From contig CALMGJ010000010.1 of NCBI GenBank assembly GCA_937863565.1, positions 75,413 to 139,412 of the forward strand: a stretch of 64,000 nucleotides of DNA, written 5' to 3'. This DNA comes from an uncultured bacterium (lineage in GTDB: Bacteria > AUK180). A model generated the notes under the pieces. The model did no database searches. It saw only the letters and a program-made list of their open reading frames with translations, and had not been told where the DNA came from. This document shows, piece after piece, positions 1-9,920 of this stretch (position 1 is its first letter; each line of letters opens with the position of its first letter). The translations under genes and the position numbers were made by a program.

Positions 1-1184
1 TAAAATATGTCAAAGGCATTATCGCCAAGGCGGTTTCCAGAATGGTCTCGGATATTCATATAGAGGTTTTCGAGAAGCAATTACGGGTAAGATACCGGCT
101 TGACGGCATGCTCGTTCAAGAAGGCGATCCGCTTCCGGCTAAATACAAGGACAGCATCTCTGCGGTCATCAAATCAATGGCCGGGCTCAGGATAGACGAA
201 AAAAGAGTACCTCAGGACGGAAGAATAAAAATGCGCTTCGGTACCAAAGAGGTCGACTTCAGAGTTTCGACACTGCCGTGCATACACGGCGAAAAAGTCG
301 TTATGAGAATCCTCGACAAGAGCAACCTCATGCTCGACATGACGAAGCTCGGTTTCGAGGAGGCCCAGCTCAAGGAATTCATGAAGGCCATCGAAAGCCC
401 TTGGGGGATGCTCCTTATCACAGGCCCTACAGGTTCCGGTAAAACCACCACCCTTTATTCGGCCCTTTCGAATCTTAATAAGACCACAGTGAACATAATG
501 ACGGCGGAAGACCCTGTCGAATACAACCTCAAAGGCATAAACCAGGTACAGATCGACAATGCGGTCGGCATGACATTCGATGCGGCCCTGAAAGCATTCC
601 TCAGGCAGGACCCGGACGTAATAATGGTCGGCGAGATAAGGGATTTCCCCGTTGCCGAAATAGCCGTTAAAGCTGCATTGACAGGTCACCTCGTTCTTTC
701 TACCCTGCATACGAACGATGCTCCATCTTCGATCACAAGGCTCGTCGACATCGGCATCGAACCCTTCCTTGTGGCCTCATCGACTATCCTCGTCATGGCT
801 CAAAGACTCGTGAGAAAAGTGTGCGCGAAATGCGCCGAAGAGACTAAGGTACCGATGGCGGAACTCCAGCGTCTTCATTTCACACAGGAGGAGATCCAGT
901 CCGGGAATTTCAAAAAGGGAAAGGGTTGCCCCGTATGCAACAATACGGGATATAAGGGCCGTCTCGCCGTTTACGAGATCATGCCGGTCAATGAGGAAAT
1001 AAGAGAGATGATAACATCTTCAGCCACTGCCGTGGATCTGAAGAAAAAAGCGATAGAGAACGGTATGTACACGCTTCATAAGAGCGCCCGTTTAAAATTT
1101 TTAAAAGGGATGACGACATTGGAAGAAGTTCTAAGAGTGACCGGCACAGGGGAGGATGAGATTTCCGATTTCTATGAAGGATGA
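1..1184 (+). CDS. Type II secretion / type IV pilus assembly ATPase (GspE/PilB family), 5'-truncated by window edge
   Basis: Reading frame is open to the window start. Contains SDIHIE motif, Walker A GPTGSGKTTT, and C-terminal tetracysteine CAKC…CPVCNNTGYKGR typical of GspE/PilB. Confidence 0.9.
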   Translation, partial: KYVKGIIAKAVSRMVSDIHIEVFEKQLRVRYRLDGMLVQEGDPLPAKYKDSISAVIKSMAGLRIDEKRVPQDGRIKMRFGTKEVDFRVSTLPCIHGEKVVMRILDKSNLMLDMTKLGFEEAQLKEFMKAIESPWGMLLITGPTGSGKTTTLYSALSNLNKTTVNIMTAEDPVEYNLKGINQVQIDNAVGMTFDAALKAFLRQDPDVIMVGEIRDFPVAEIAVKAALTGHLVLSTLHTNDAPSSITRLVDIGIEPFLVASSTILVMAQRLVRKVCAKCAEETKVPMAELQRLHFTQEEIQSGNFKKGKGCPVCNNTGYKGRLAVYEIMPVNEEIREMITSSATAVDLKKKAIENGMYTLHKSARLKFLKGMTTLEEVLRVTGTGEDEISDFYEG

Positions 1185-2379
1185 AGAGACAACAAAGCAG
1201 CTTGAATCGCATCTGAACCTCTCCTGGGTATACTTCAAGCAGGACATGCTCGAAGATTCCGCGAATGAGCTCTATGAAGCCCTGAAGATCGATTCCAAGA
1301 ACAAGAAAGCCCTGAAGCTTCTGGCCGATATCTTTATGAAACAGGGGGATATCGAAAAGGCCGAGACCACTCTTATGCAGATAATCGCCCTTTCACCGGA
1401 CGATGCCGCCATACTAAAGGAAATAGGCAATCTGCTTTTTAAAAAAGGGGACCTCAAGGAAAGCATCAATTACTATGCAAAATGCCTCAAACTCGGATAT
1501 TCCGATGTCGAACTCTATCTCAATGTGGGGAATATCTTCAAGTCGCTGGGCAATTACCAGAAGGCTTTCAGTTTCTTCATGCAGGCCATGAAACTGGAAC
1601 CCGAGAACGAGAATATCATGAAGCTTACCGCCGAACTTTACATCAATCTTGAACAATACGAGAATGCGGCCGAGATCTATGAGCGCATGCTGAAGAAGGA
1701 ACCGGGCAACCTCGATTATCATAAACTCCTCGGCTCGCTTTACATGCTTCTTCAGAAATGGCCGGCAGCTATTGAGATATACAAGAGAGCCGCCTCAGTC
1801 GCACCGGATGACCTCGGGATCCTCAACAATATCGCCATATGCTATTCCAAGCAGGAAAAAACCAAAACGGCCATCAAGATATTCAAGCATATACTCGAGA
1901 AGGACCCTAACGATTACCAGGTATTATCCAACCTGGGGTCCGTTCATTCTAAAACCGGAAGCTTCATCGATGCTCTGGAGTATTACCTTAAGGCGCAGGA
2001 ACTCCGGCCCAATGATCTCAGGATAACTATGGCCATCGGCGTCATATACGACAATCTCGGGAAATACGAAGAAGCCGTTGCGATCTTTAAAAAGATACTT
2101 TCCGCGGAAAAAGATAATATCCTGGCGATGTATTACCTTGCAAATCTCTATTTATACGAAGACATGGTGGATCCCGCCATAGAATTATACGAGCATTTGA
2201 TCGAACTGGCGCCAGATAATCTCGACGCGCAAACGAATCTTGCTCTGAGCTTTCTTAAGAAGAAGGAATACGAGAAAGCACTTGAAATATACAATAGGAT
2301 CCTCGAAAAATATCCCGACAATCAGGTCGCATCGGAACATAAGAGTTTCATTTTAAATGTCTTGAAAAGTGAAGTTTGA
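1174..2379 (+). CDS. TPR-repeat protein
   Basis: Multiple 34-aa TPR-like repeats (A/L/Y/K periodicity). Start ATG overlaps the pilB stop in tatgaaggatga. ORF tracker gives a 1156 start; 1174 is preferred. Confidence 0.75.
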   Translation: MKDEETTKQLESHLNLSWVYFKQDMLEDSANELYEALKIDSKNKKALKLLADIFMKQGDIEKAETTLMQIIALSPDDAAILKEIGNLLFKKGDLKESINYYAKCLKLGYSDVELYLNVGNIFKSLGNYQKAFSFFMQAMKLEPENENIMKLTAELYINLEQYENAAEIYERMLKKEPGNLDYHKLLGSLYMLLQKWPAAIEIYKRAASVAPDDLGILNNIAICYSKQEKTKTAIKIFKHILEKDPNDYQVLSNLGSVHSKTGSFIDALEYYLKAQELRPNDLRITMAIGVIYDNLGKYEEAVAIFKKILSAEKDNILAMYYLANLYLYEDMVDPAIELYEHLIELAPDNLDAQTNLALSFLKKKEYEKALEIYNRILEKYPDNQVASEHKSFILNVLKSEV

Positions 2380-3538
2380 TAAGATAAGGGTGATCTCCCA
2401 TGATAATTACGAAATATCCGGACTGTGTGAAAAACTTGAAATCCTGTTCTCCTCAACGGGGCTTTTTGAAGAACTCGGATCGAAAAAAGTCCGGAAGATC
2501 CTACTTAAACCCAATATTCTCGGGATATATCCTCCGGAGACCGCAACGATAACACACCCGAACCTCGTAGCCGCCGCGGCAAAGGTATTGAAAGCAAAGG
2601 GATACTCGGTGGGTGTCGGCGACAGTTCGGGAATGCTGATCAAGAACGAGTCCATATTGAGCTCCTGCGGGTATGATGCCATCTTTAAAGAAGGCTCGGC
2701 ATCATACGAAAATTTCGACATGGAACCCTTTGACAGAATCCGGGTCAATGAAAAGGAAGTGTACATTACCGGGGTTCTCGGAAGATATGATTACTGCATT
2801 TCAATGCCCAAATTTAAAACACATCACATCACCACGATAACGTGTTGCATAAAGAATTTCTACGGCATAGTACCGGGCGTAAAAAAGACGCATTATCACA
2901 GGGAATTCCATAAATTCCGCGATTTTTGTCTTTTCATGACCGGTCTCTACAGTGTTGTCCGAGCGGATTATTATCTTGTTGACAGCATATTGGCTATGGA
3001 GGGCGACGGTCCCGCCGGAGGCAGCCCGCGGAAACTCGATATGCTGGCCGTCGGCCGCGATGGTGCTAAAATTGATGCATATCTTCTGAAATTGATGGGT
3101 GTCGAGGCGGACAAACTCGAATATTATTCAAACTTAAGGAGTTTGGGTCTTTATTCAGGCATCGGACCGGAAGATATAGAAGCAGAACCGGATTTGGAAG
3201 AACGTTTCGGAAATTTTCAATTACCCTCATCAACAGCCCTTGCGGCACTAACCTCGACCTTGCCCCAATTCGTTTTTAATTTCCTCAGGATCCGGCCCAG
3301 AATTGACGGTGCCAGATGTGTCAGATGCAGGGAGTGCGAGAGAAAATGCCCTGTTGGAGCGATAGTGTACGGGGTAAAAAGGATGAAAATCCTGGATCAC
3401 AAATGCATTGCCTGCGGCTGCTGCAAAGAAGTCTGTTCTGCCGAAGCGATACATATGAGACCGAATCTGATCATGAGGGTCTTCGGATTTTTAAGAGGCA
3501 TTTATGAAAGAGCGAGATATAAAAAAAGACAATCCTAA
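2369..3538 (+). CDS. DUF362-domain protein with C-terminal 2×[4Fe-4S] ferredoxin domain
   Basis: N-terminal DUF362-like sequence, then C-terminal CVRCRECERKCP and CIACGCCKEVC motifs. Confidence 0.7.
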   Translation: MKFDKIRVISHDNYEISGLCEKLEILFSSTGLFEELGSKKVRKILLKPNILGIYPPETATITHPNLVAAAAKVLKAKGYSVGVGDSSGMLIKNESILSSCGYDAIFKEGSASYENFDMEPFDRIRVNEKEVYITGVLGRYDYCISMPKFKTHHITTITCCIKNFYGIVPGVKKTHYHREFHKFRDFCLFMTGLYSVVRADYYLVDSILAMEGDGPAGGSPRKLDMLAVGRDGAKIDAYLLKLMGVEADKLEYYSNLRSLGLYSGIGPEDIEAEPDLEERFGNFQLPSSTALAALTSTLPQFVFNFLRIRPRIDGARCVRCRECERKCPVGAIVYGVKRMKILDHKCIACGCCKEVCSAEAIHMRPNLIMRVFGFLRGIYERARYKKRQS

Positions 3539-3908
3539 TTGCATGGGATGCGGAAAGGAGAACCCGTGCGGATTGAAGCTTGAATTCTCCTACGGCAACG
3601 GCTTTGCCGTAACGGAAAGCGTCCTCGGGCGCATGTATGAAGGCTATGAGAATATCGTTCACGGCGGGATCATTTCGCTCGTCCTGGACGAAGTATCGGC
3701 CAAGGCCGTGATAGAGTATGAGGGCGTTGCCGTCACAGCGCGCATCCAGGTGTCCTTCATCAAACCTCTGATGTGCGGCGTTCCGTTCACCGCCCAGGCG
3801 AGGATAGAGAGTGTAGAAGGAAGGAAGATCTTCGTAAAAGGCGAACTCAAAGAGGCGGGTGTTCTGATAGCCCGCAGCGAGTCCGTTTTCATAAAGGTGG
3901 GTGAATGA
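3504..3908 (+). CDS. Hotdog-fold thioesterase (PaaI-like)
   Basis: 134-aa protein; HGG…SLVLDE core typical of PaaI/YbgC hotdog thioesterases; N-terminal CxxC…C. Confidence 0.65.
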   Translation: MKERDIKKDNPNCMGCGKENPCGLKLEFSYGNGFAVTESVLGRMYEGYENIVHGGIISLVLDEVSAKAVIEYEGVAVTARIQVSFIKPLMCGVPFTAQARIESVEGRKIFVKGELKEAGVLIARSESVFIKVGE

Positions 3909-4854
3909 TATGAGTTTAACGGAGCTTGGGATCAGGGAAGAGATCGAAAGGATCAGGCTCAATGTCGAAAAGGTGATAAAAGGCAAGCAGAGCGCGATCG
4001 AAATGGTCATTATATGCCTTCTCACGGACGGGCACGTGCTCATTGAGGATGTACCCGGTGTGGGAAAAACGATGCTGGCAAGAAGCTTGGCACAATCGGT
4101 GGCAGGGGATTTTAAAAGGATCCAGTTCACGAACGATCTTCTGCCGACTGATATTCTGGGGAATTATATCTTCATGAAGTCAACGGAGCAGTTCGTATTC
4201 CATCCGGGACCGATCTTCACGAACATCCTTCTTGCCGATGAGATAAACAGGGGTACGCCCAAAGTGCAGAGCGCTCTTCTGGAAGGTATGGAAGAGAGAA
4301 CTGTATCCCTGGACAGGAACACGCATTCCCTCCCCGATCCCTTTTTTGTGATCGCAACGGAGAATCCGATAGAACAGACAGGGACTTTCTCGCTGCCCGA
4401 AGCCGAACTCGACCGTTTCATGGTCAAGATCAGGATCGGCTATCCTTCCCGTGAAAGTGAAATGAGCATGCTGCAGGCCGTGCAGGTCAAACATCCCATT
4501 AACGATCTCGGGCCGGTTACTGATAAAATGAAGATCACAGCTATGAGGGATGCGATCAAAAAGGTCGGCATCTCAAATGAGATCAGAGGATATATTATCG
4601 ATCTTCTCGCCGCGACCAGGGGCGATGCCGATGTGATCTTGGGTGGCAGCCCTCGCGCGGCAATAGCGCTTCAGCGTTTGACCCAGGGTCTTGCCGCTTT
4701 TGCCGGGCGTGATTTTGTGATCCCCGACGATGTGAAAAAGGGCTTCAATCCTGTTCTGCGCCACAGGATCAAGATCTCGCCGCAGGCAAGGCTCAATAAA
4801 ATGACAACGGATGACATCCTGGAGAGAATAATCAAGAATGTCCGCGTCCCCTAA
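3901..4854 (+). CDS. MoxR-family AAA+ ATPase
   Basis: Walker A GVGKTMLARSLAQS, and LADEINR sensor region typical of MoxR. Confidence 0.9.
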   Translation: MNDMSLTELGIREEIERIRLNVEKVIKGKQSAIEMVIICLLTDGHVLIEDVPGVGKTMLARSLAQSVAGDFKRIQFTNDLLPTDILGNYIFMKSTEQFVFHPGPIFTNILLADEINRGTPKVQSALLEGMEERTVSLDRNTHSLPDPFFVIATENPIEQTGTFSLPEAELDRFMVKIRIGYPSRESEMSMLQAVQVKHPINDLGPVTDKMKITAMRDAIKKVGISNEIRGYIIDLLAATRGDADVILGGSPRAAIALQRLTQGLAAFAGRDFVIPDDVKKGFNPVLRHRIKISPQARLNKMTTDDILERIIKNVRVP

Positions 4855-6007
4855 AAAGGATTCTCCTGTTCTATCCTATGTCCTCCTTATAATCACGGTC
4901 TTCTCCTCGGCTGTTAATACAGGCTTGAACGTGCTGTACTTTGTGGCCATTTTCATGACCGTCTTTTTGATCTTCGCCTATGCGAACGGAAAGGGGAATA
5001 TCAAAGGGATCGAAATAGAAAGGCATCTCGGCCGAGAATGCCGCGAGAAGGAGAAGATATTCGTTGATTACAGGATAAAGAACAAAAGACGGGCCTATTA
5101 CCTTCAGATAGAGGATGAGAAGTTCTCGTTCCTCGAGAGCGAAGATTATGCTTATGCCGGCTTCCTCGAAGCGGGTCCCGAAACAAAAGAGGTGAGGTCT
5201 TTCTATAAATTCTCGATCCCCGGCATATTCTTTCTGAAAACGTTAAAACTCCGCTCCGCTTTTCCCGCGGGTATCATTGAGTTCGAGAGGACCGTAAACA
5301 CGGAAAACGAGATCGTCGTTCTCCCGGAGACTTTCGATTTTTCCAAAGTGCCGGAGGACCTGTTCATGAACCTATCCGAGAACGAGTACTTCAAAGTCAA
5401 GATCGGTACGGGCGAGAATATTTGGGGAGTAAGGCAGTATGAATATGGAGACAGGATGAGGGATATAGACTGGAAACTCTCCGCCCGTCGCGACGATCTT
5501 ATGGTGAAGATCCGGGAACAGCCGCTCGGAAAAAGGATCTGGCTTATGCCCGTTCTGAAGGATAATGAAAGAACCGACGGCAATGCCGATGTGATAAGGA
5601 TGTGCTCTTCTCTTGCAAAGAACCGGCTCAATCAGGGCTGCTTAGTGGGCCTTCTTATGGGAGGGAGGGTCGTTTTCCCTCACGGCGGCGGCGAGCAGTT
5701 CCTTGTTCTCAGCAAGGAACTATGTTATATCTGGAATGAGAACGCTTCAATACCTGCGGCAGGCAGGATGCTTTCCGCATTATCGCCCGGGGATGTGGCG
5801 GTTCTTGTGACCAACGGTGATCCTGTGGGGCTTTCGCCCATTCTTAAGGATATGCGCAATTCATTCATCAATCCAGTGACGATACATATAGGCGATGATG
5901 TGCGGAAGATGAAGGAATATGCGGACCATTTCATCAATATCGACGAGCGCTTCTATTTCGCCCAAAAGGGAAGGATGGGGGACGTATTTGAGAATACCTT
6001 TTCTTAA
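4838..6007 (+). CDS. DUF58-domain protein (MoxR partner)
   Basis: YEYGDRMRDIDWKLSARRDDLMVK signature of DUF58; N-terminal TM helices; immediately follows MoxR. Confidence 0.8.
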   Translation: MSASPKKDSPVLSYVLLIITVFSSAVNTGLNVLYFVAIFMTVFLIFAYANGKGNIKGIEIERHLGRECREKEKIFVDYRIKNKRRAYYLQIEDEKFSFLESEDYAYAGFLEAGPETKEVRSFYKFSIPGIFFLKTLKLRSAFPAGIIEFERTVNTENEIVVLPETFDFSKVPEDLFMNLSENEYFKVKIGTGENIWGVRQYEYGDRMRDIDWKLSARRDDLMVKIREQPLGKRIWLMPVLKDNERTDGNADVIRMCSSLAKNRLNQGCLVGLLMGGRVVFPHGGGEQFLVLSKELCYIWNENASIPAAGRMLSALSPGDVAVLVTNGDPVGLSPILKDMRNSFINPVTIHIGDDVRKMKEYADHFINIDERFYFAQKGRMGDVFENTFS

Positions 6008-8057
6008 GGATAAAAGAGCTGCAGTCTATTCGCTTTTGTTCCTGCTTTTCCTGCTTTCTTCGGTCACTCTCTATCTTTATCTCGGCGGCAGTTTCTTCCG
6101 GTTCATCGCTCAAAGCGTGCTTGTCATTCTTGGTTTCAGGATTTCGTACAGGGCCGCGGGCAGGAAAGAGAGTAAACTCATTGAAAATCTTCTGGGGCTT
6201 GTGTATATAGCGGCTTTCTTCGGGCAGACGATCCTGATCTGGGAAGGATTCTACATACTCAAGGATATCTTCGCGATAGCCTTCACATGGGGTTTCGTAT
6301 GCATTTCCTTTCACGCTGTTTCAAGAAGACTCGTTCTGAACTTCTATCTGATCACGTTCATCCTCATGATATACAATGCTTCGATAGCGTATAATCTGTA
6401 TTTTCTTTTCATCCTTTTCGTTTATGCTTTTCTTTCAATTACCCTGTTCATGCTGCTCATTGTGCCTTTTGACAGGGAGTTCGCTCCTTCGGACCGCTTC
6501 GAACTGAAAAATGCCGAGATAGGCCGGATGTCGCTGCGCGCGACCGTGATCGGTTTCGCGATCACTTTGGTACTTTATATGTTCTTCCCCTTTTTCTGGA
6601 ACCTGAACTTCTTCAATCTGCCGGTGACGAAGAACCGGAACTATTTCGGTGCTCCGGATATTTCCGAGAAGTTGGTGAGCATAAGCGGATTCTCGCTGGA
6701 TTTCACTCTCAGCTCGGGGAAAGTATGGAATAATCCGCGTAAGGTAATGGAAGTAAAGACATCTCTCCCATCGTACGTTCATTATTTCAAGGGCGCCGTA
6801 TATGACACTTTCGAGGGTATGAGCTGGACGAACAAGAACACGATCCGGTATGAAGTAAGGAACCTTTCATGGCAATTCCTGCCGGAATTCAAGAAATCCC
6901 CATTCATCCATTATGAAACGGATACGCAACAGATCACGTATCTTGTCGGCATTCCCAATGTTCTTTTCTACGAAAATTATCCCAAGGTCATCCGGTTCCC
7001 GGCACGTAGCATGAGAATGGATATGAACGGCAATATCTATATCCCGCAGATACAGGAGATCCCCTTTAAATACGCCGTTGTGACTGAATTGCCGTTTGAA
7101 GTGGAGGAAAGTGCCGTTTTCTCCCCGGTTCAGGGTTTCAGGACCCATCTCAAAGTGGAAAGAGCGTCGGACAGGACCAGGGACCTGGTTCGCCGCATCG
7201 CTTCCGGCGCGGAATGCGAATACAGAAAGGCCCTTGCCATTGAGAAGTATCTTAAGGAGAATTACGAATATTCCCTTGAATTTTCTTACTCGCCTTTGAA
7301 GGAAGATATTGTGGATTATTTCCTGTTCGAATACAAAAAGGGATACTGCGAGCAATTCGCTACAGTTCTTGCCGTAATGCTTCGCCTGGCAGGTATCCCG
7401 AGCAGGGCAGTAACGGGCTTTGCGGGAGGATCTTACGATGCTTCGCGCAATGTGCTTATCCTCAGCGGCAATAATGCCCATGCGTGGGCGGAGGCTTATT
7501 TCGAAGGCGTCGGCTGGATCACGATGGATGCGACACCGGTATCGGGGATGACCGTTCCCGAATCGCGGAGAGGTTTCCTCTCCTTCCTCTCCAGGATATT
7601 CGGAACGGACCCTCAGTTACTTGTGCCCGTTAAGGTCAGGGGAGCGGTAAAGAAGGCCTTTACGGCCGTGTTCCGTTTTATCGCGGGGAATCCCTTTTTA
7701 ATGCTTCTTATCTCTGCGGCGGTGCTTCTTATCGCGCTGAGCGGACATATCATCGCTTTTCTTTCAAAGATCGCCCGGCGGAACCGGCTGGAGAATAAAA
7801 GAATCCTGATCGACGAACTGGAAAAAGCCGCTAGAAGATATCTGAAACTGAAAAGGGGGCCGGCGGATACGGAAACGGAATATTCCGGCAGGATCGTTGA
7901 ACGCGCTCCGTTCCTCTCCCGAAGCCTTACTGAATGGATAGCGGATTATCTTCGGTTCCGGTATGGGGATCCCGCCGGAAAACGCTTAACGAACGGGCTC
8001 TCGGCAGGATTGCGGGACATCAAAAAAAGATTGAAAAATTTTGAAAAAAACATATAA
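5919..8057 (+). CDS. Transglutaminase-like membrane protein (TgpA-like)
   Basis: Polytopic N-terminal membrane region; transglutaminase core YKKGYCEQFATVLAVMLRLAGIPSRAVTGF…NAHAWAEAY…DATP (Cys-His-Asp). 5' end overlaps the DUF58 gene, so the true start may be downstream (TTG near 5985). Confidence 0.8.
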   Translation: MRTISSISTSASISPKREGWGTYLRIPFLKDKRAAVYSLLFLLFLLSSVTLYLYLGGSFFRFIAQSVLVILGFRISYRAAGRKESKLIENLLGLVYIAAFFGQTILIWEGFYILKDIFAIAFTWGFVCISFHAVSRRLVLNFYLITFILMIYNASIAYNLYFLFILFVYAFLSITLFMLLIVPFDREFAPSDRFELKNAEIGRMSLRATVIGFAITLVLYMFFPFFWNLNFFNLPVTKNRNYFGAPDISEKLVSISGFSLDFTLSSGKVWNNPRKVMEVKTSLPSYVHYFKGAVYDTFEGMSWTNKNTIRYEVRNLSWQFLPEFKKSPFIHYETDTQQITYLVGIPNVLFYENYPKVIRFPARSMRMDMNGNIYIPQIQEIPFKYAVVTELPFEVEESAVFSPVQGFRTHLKVERASDRTRDLVRRIASGAECEYRKALAIEKYLKENYEYSLEFSYSPLKEDIVDYFLFEYKKGYCEQFATVLAVMLRLAGIPSRAVTGFAGGSYDASRNVLILSGNNAHAWAEAYFEGVGWITMDATPVSGMTVPESRRGFLSFLSRIFGTDPQLLVPVKVRGAVKKAFTAVFRFIAGNPFLMLLISAAVLLIALSGHIIAFLSKIARRNRLENKRILIDELEKAARRYLKLKRGPADTETEYSGRIVERAPFLSRSLTEWIADYLRFRYGDPAGKRLTNGLSAGLRDIKKRLKNFEKNI

Positions 8058-8142
8058 TATAACGGTCGTGATGGCGTACTAAAGGGAACCGACAATTTTT
8101 TTTGGGAGCTATCCCTGGGGAGGCAGTACCTCTCTAAACAGC

Positions 8143-8171
8143 GCCCCCTTGAAAAAAGGGGTTTTTCTTTT
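8143..8171 (+). terminator. Rho-independent terminator after the transglutaminase-like gene
   Basis: Hairpin CCCCCTT-gaaaaa-AAGGGGG followed by TTTTTCTTTT. Confidence 0.7.
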
Positions 8172-8248
8172 ACGCGGTCACGGCTAAAAAAGAAATTGAG
8201 TTATTTCACATATAGGTGTTAAATGGAACTTTTGGAAGATCACATATC

Positions 8249-8280
8249 GCCCCGAGCTTCAAAAGGGGCTTTTAATAATT
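8249..8280 (+). promoter_or_regulatory. Terminator-like hairpin in the rny 5' leader (possible attenuator)
   Basis: GCCCC-gagcttcaaaa-GGGGC followed by TTTTAATAATT, ending 3 nt before the GGAGG RBS of rny. Confidence 0.4.
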
Positions 8281-8295
8281 ATCGGAGGAAAAATC

Positions 8296-9906
8296 ATGAA
8301 CATTATCTACATAATTGGATATACTCTATCCGGTTTACTTGTAGGTGCCTTAGGCGGCTTTGCCGTCGGTCAGAGACTGGGTAAAAAGAAAGGCAAACTG
8401 AAAAAAGAACATGAGATGCTTGAAGAGGCGAAGAGGAATGCCGACTCGGAGATCAACCGTTCGAAGAACATCAGGGAGCAGACCGAAAAGGAGATCAAGA
8501 TCCTGAAGGAAAAGGCTGAGATCGAGATCAAGGAGAAAAGGGTCGAAGAGAGGGAGAAGATAGAAAAAGAGGCGCAGATTAAAAAGAACGAACTCAATTC
8601 CCTGGAGAAAAGGATCATTCAGAAGGAAGAGAATATCAACAGGCAGAGCAATATCATCGAAAAAAGGATCTTCGAGGTAAAGGACAAAGAAAAACGGCTG
8701 AAATTATACGATGAGACGCTTAAAGAGAGGGCAAAGGAGATCAAAGAGGCCGAAGCCGCAGAGATCTCGTATCTCGAGAAGATCGCCTCGCTTTCCGCAG
8801 AGGATGCTAAAAAACAGCTTCTTGAGATCATGGAGAGGGAAGCGCAGCTCGATTTTACCGGCAAGCTGAAAAAATTCGAGGAAGAGTTCCTTAAAAACGC
8901 TAATCAGAAAGCCCTGGACATCATCTCCACGGCGATCGAAAAAAGCGCTGTGGAATATGTGAACGAGGGTACCGTATCCGCCATCGAACTGCCCAATGAC
9001 GAGATGAAGGGCAGGCTGATAGGCCGCGAAGGCAGGAATATAAGGACCTTCGAAACAGTGACCGGCGTCGATCTTATCATTGACGATACTCCGGATTTCG
9101 TGACCGTGTCCTCTTTCGACCCGGTAAGAAGGGAAGTCGGGAAAAGAGTGCTCGAGAAGCTTATTGCCGACGGAAGGATACACCCGAAGAGAATAGAGGA
9201 GATACATGCCAAGATAGAGAAAGAAGTGAACGAGGATATCATAAAAACGGGTGAGGAAACCGTGTTCGAATTCGGATTTTCTAATATCAATCCCGAAATA
9301 GTCAAACTCATAGGTAAGCTGAAATTCAGGACCTCTTACGGCCAGAATGCGCTTCAACATTCAAAGGAGGTGGCATATATTGCCGCCCATATAGCTCAGG
9401 AACTCGGAATAGACGTGAACTTCGCGAAAAGAGGAGGCCTTCTCCACGATATCGGTAAAGCCATTGACCGCGAACAGGAAGGAAATCATCAGCATCTGGG
9501 AGCGGATATAGCGAAGAAATACAATGAGAATCCGATCATTGTGAATGCCATACTCGCGCATCATGGAGATGTGCCCTACGAATCGCTCGAAGCGTCCCTG
9601 GTCCAGATCGCCGATGCTATCTCCGCATCCCGGCCCGGCGCAAGAAGGGAGACCTACCAGTTCTACATAAAAAGAGTGCGGATGCTCGAAGCCATTGCGA
9701 ATGCTTTCACCGGAGTCGAGAAATCTTTCGCCATTCAAGCCGGAAGGGAACTGAGGATAATAGTGGATTATCAGGATATCAGCGATGACGAAGCAAGGGT
9801 GCTTGCCAGGAACATCACCAAAAAGATAGAACAGGAAGCCAAGTTCCCCGGAACGATAAAGATCATCGTCATAAGGGAAACAAGATTCGTCGAAACGGCA
9901 AAATAA
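8296..9906 (+). CDS. rny: Ribonuclease Y
   Basis: N-terminal TM helix, long coiled-coil, KH domain (GREGRNIRTFE), HD domain (HSKEVAYIAAH…LLHDIGKA); 536 aa. Confidence 0.95.
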   Translation: MNIIYIIGYTLSGLLVGALGGFAVGQRLGKKKGKLKKEHEMLEEAKRNADSEINRSKNIREQTEKEIKILKEKAEIEIKEKRVEEREKIEKEAQIKKNELNSLEKRIIQKEENINRQSNIIEKRIFEVKDKEKRLKLYDETLKERAKEIKEAEAAEISYLEKIASLSAEDAKKQLLEIMEREAQLDFTGKLKKFEEEFLKNANQKALDIISTAIEKSAVEYVNEGTVSAIELPNDEMKGRLIGREGRNIRTFETVTGVDLIIDDTPDFVTVSSFDPVRREVGKRVLEKLIADGRIHPKRIEEIHAKIEKEVNEDIIKTGEETVFEFGFSNINPEIVKLIGKLKFRTSYGQNALQHSKEVAYIAAHIAQELGIDVNFAKRGGLLHDIGKAIDREQEGNHQHLGADIAKKYNENPIIVNAILAHHGDVPYESLEASLVQIADAISASRPGARRETYQFYIKRVRMLEAIANAFTGVEKSFAIQAGRELRIIVDYQDISDDEARVLARNITKKIEQEAKFPGTIKIIVIRETRFVETAK

Positions 9907-9920
9907 AAAGGGGCTGAATT

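Noticed and set aside
8704-9360. 218-aa minus-strand ORF (and 8904–9311, 9361–9738) antisense to rny
   Set aside because: Lies entirely inside a strongly supported RNase Y gene; low-complexity translation; typical antisense shadow ORF.
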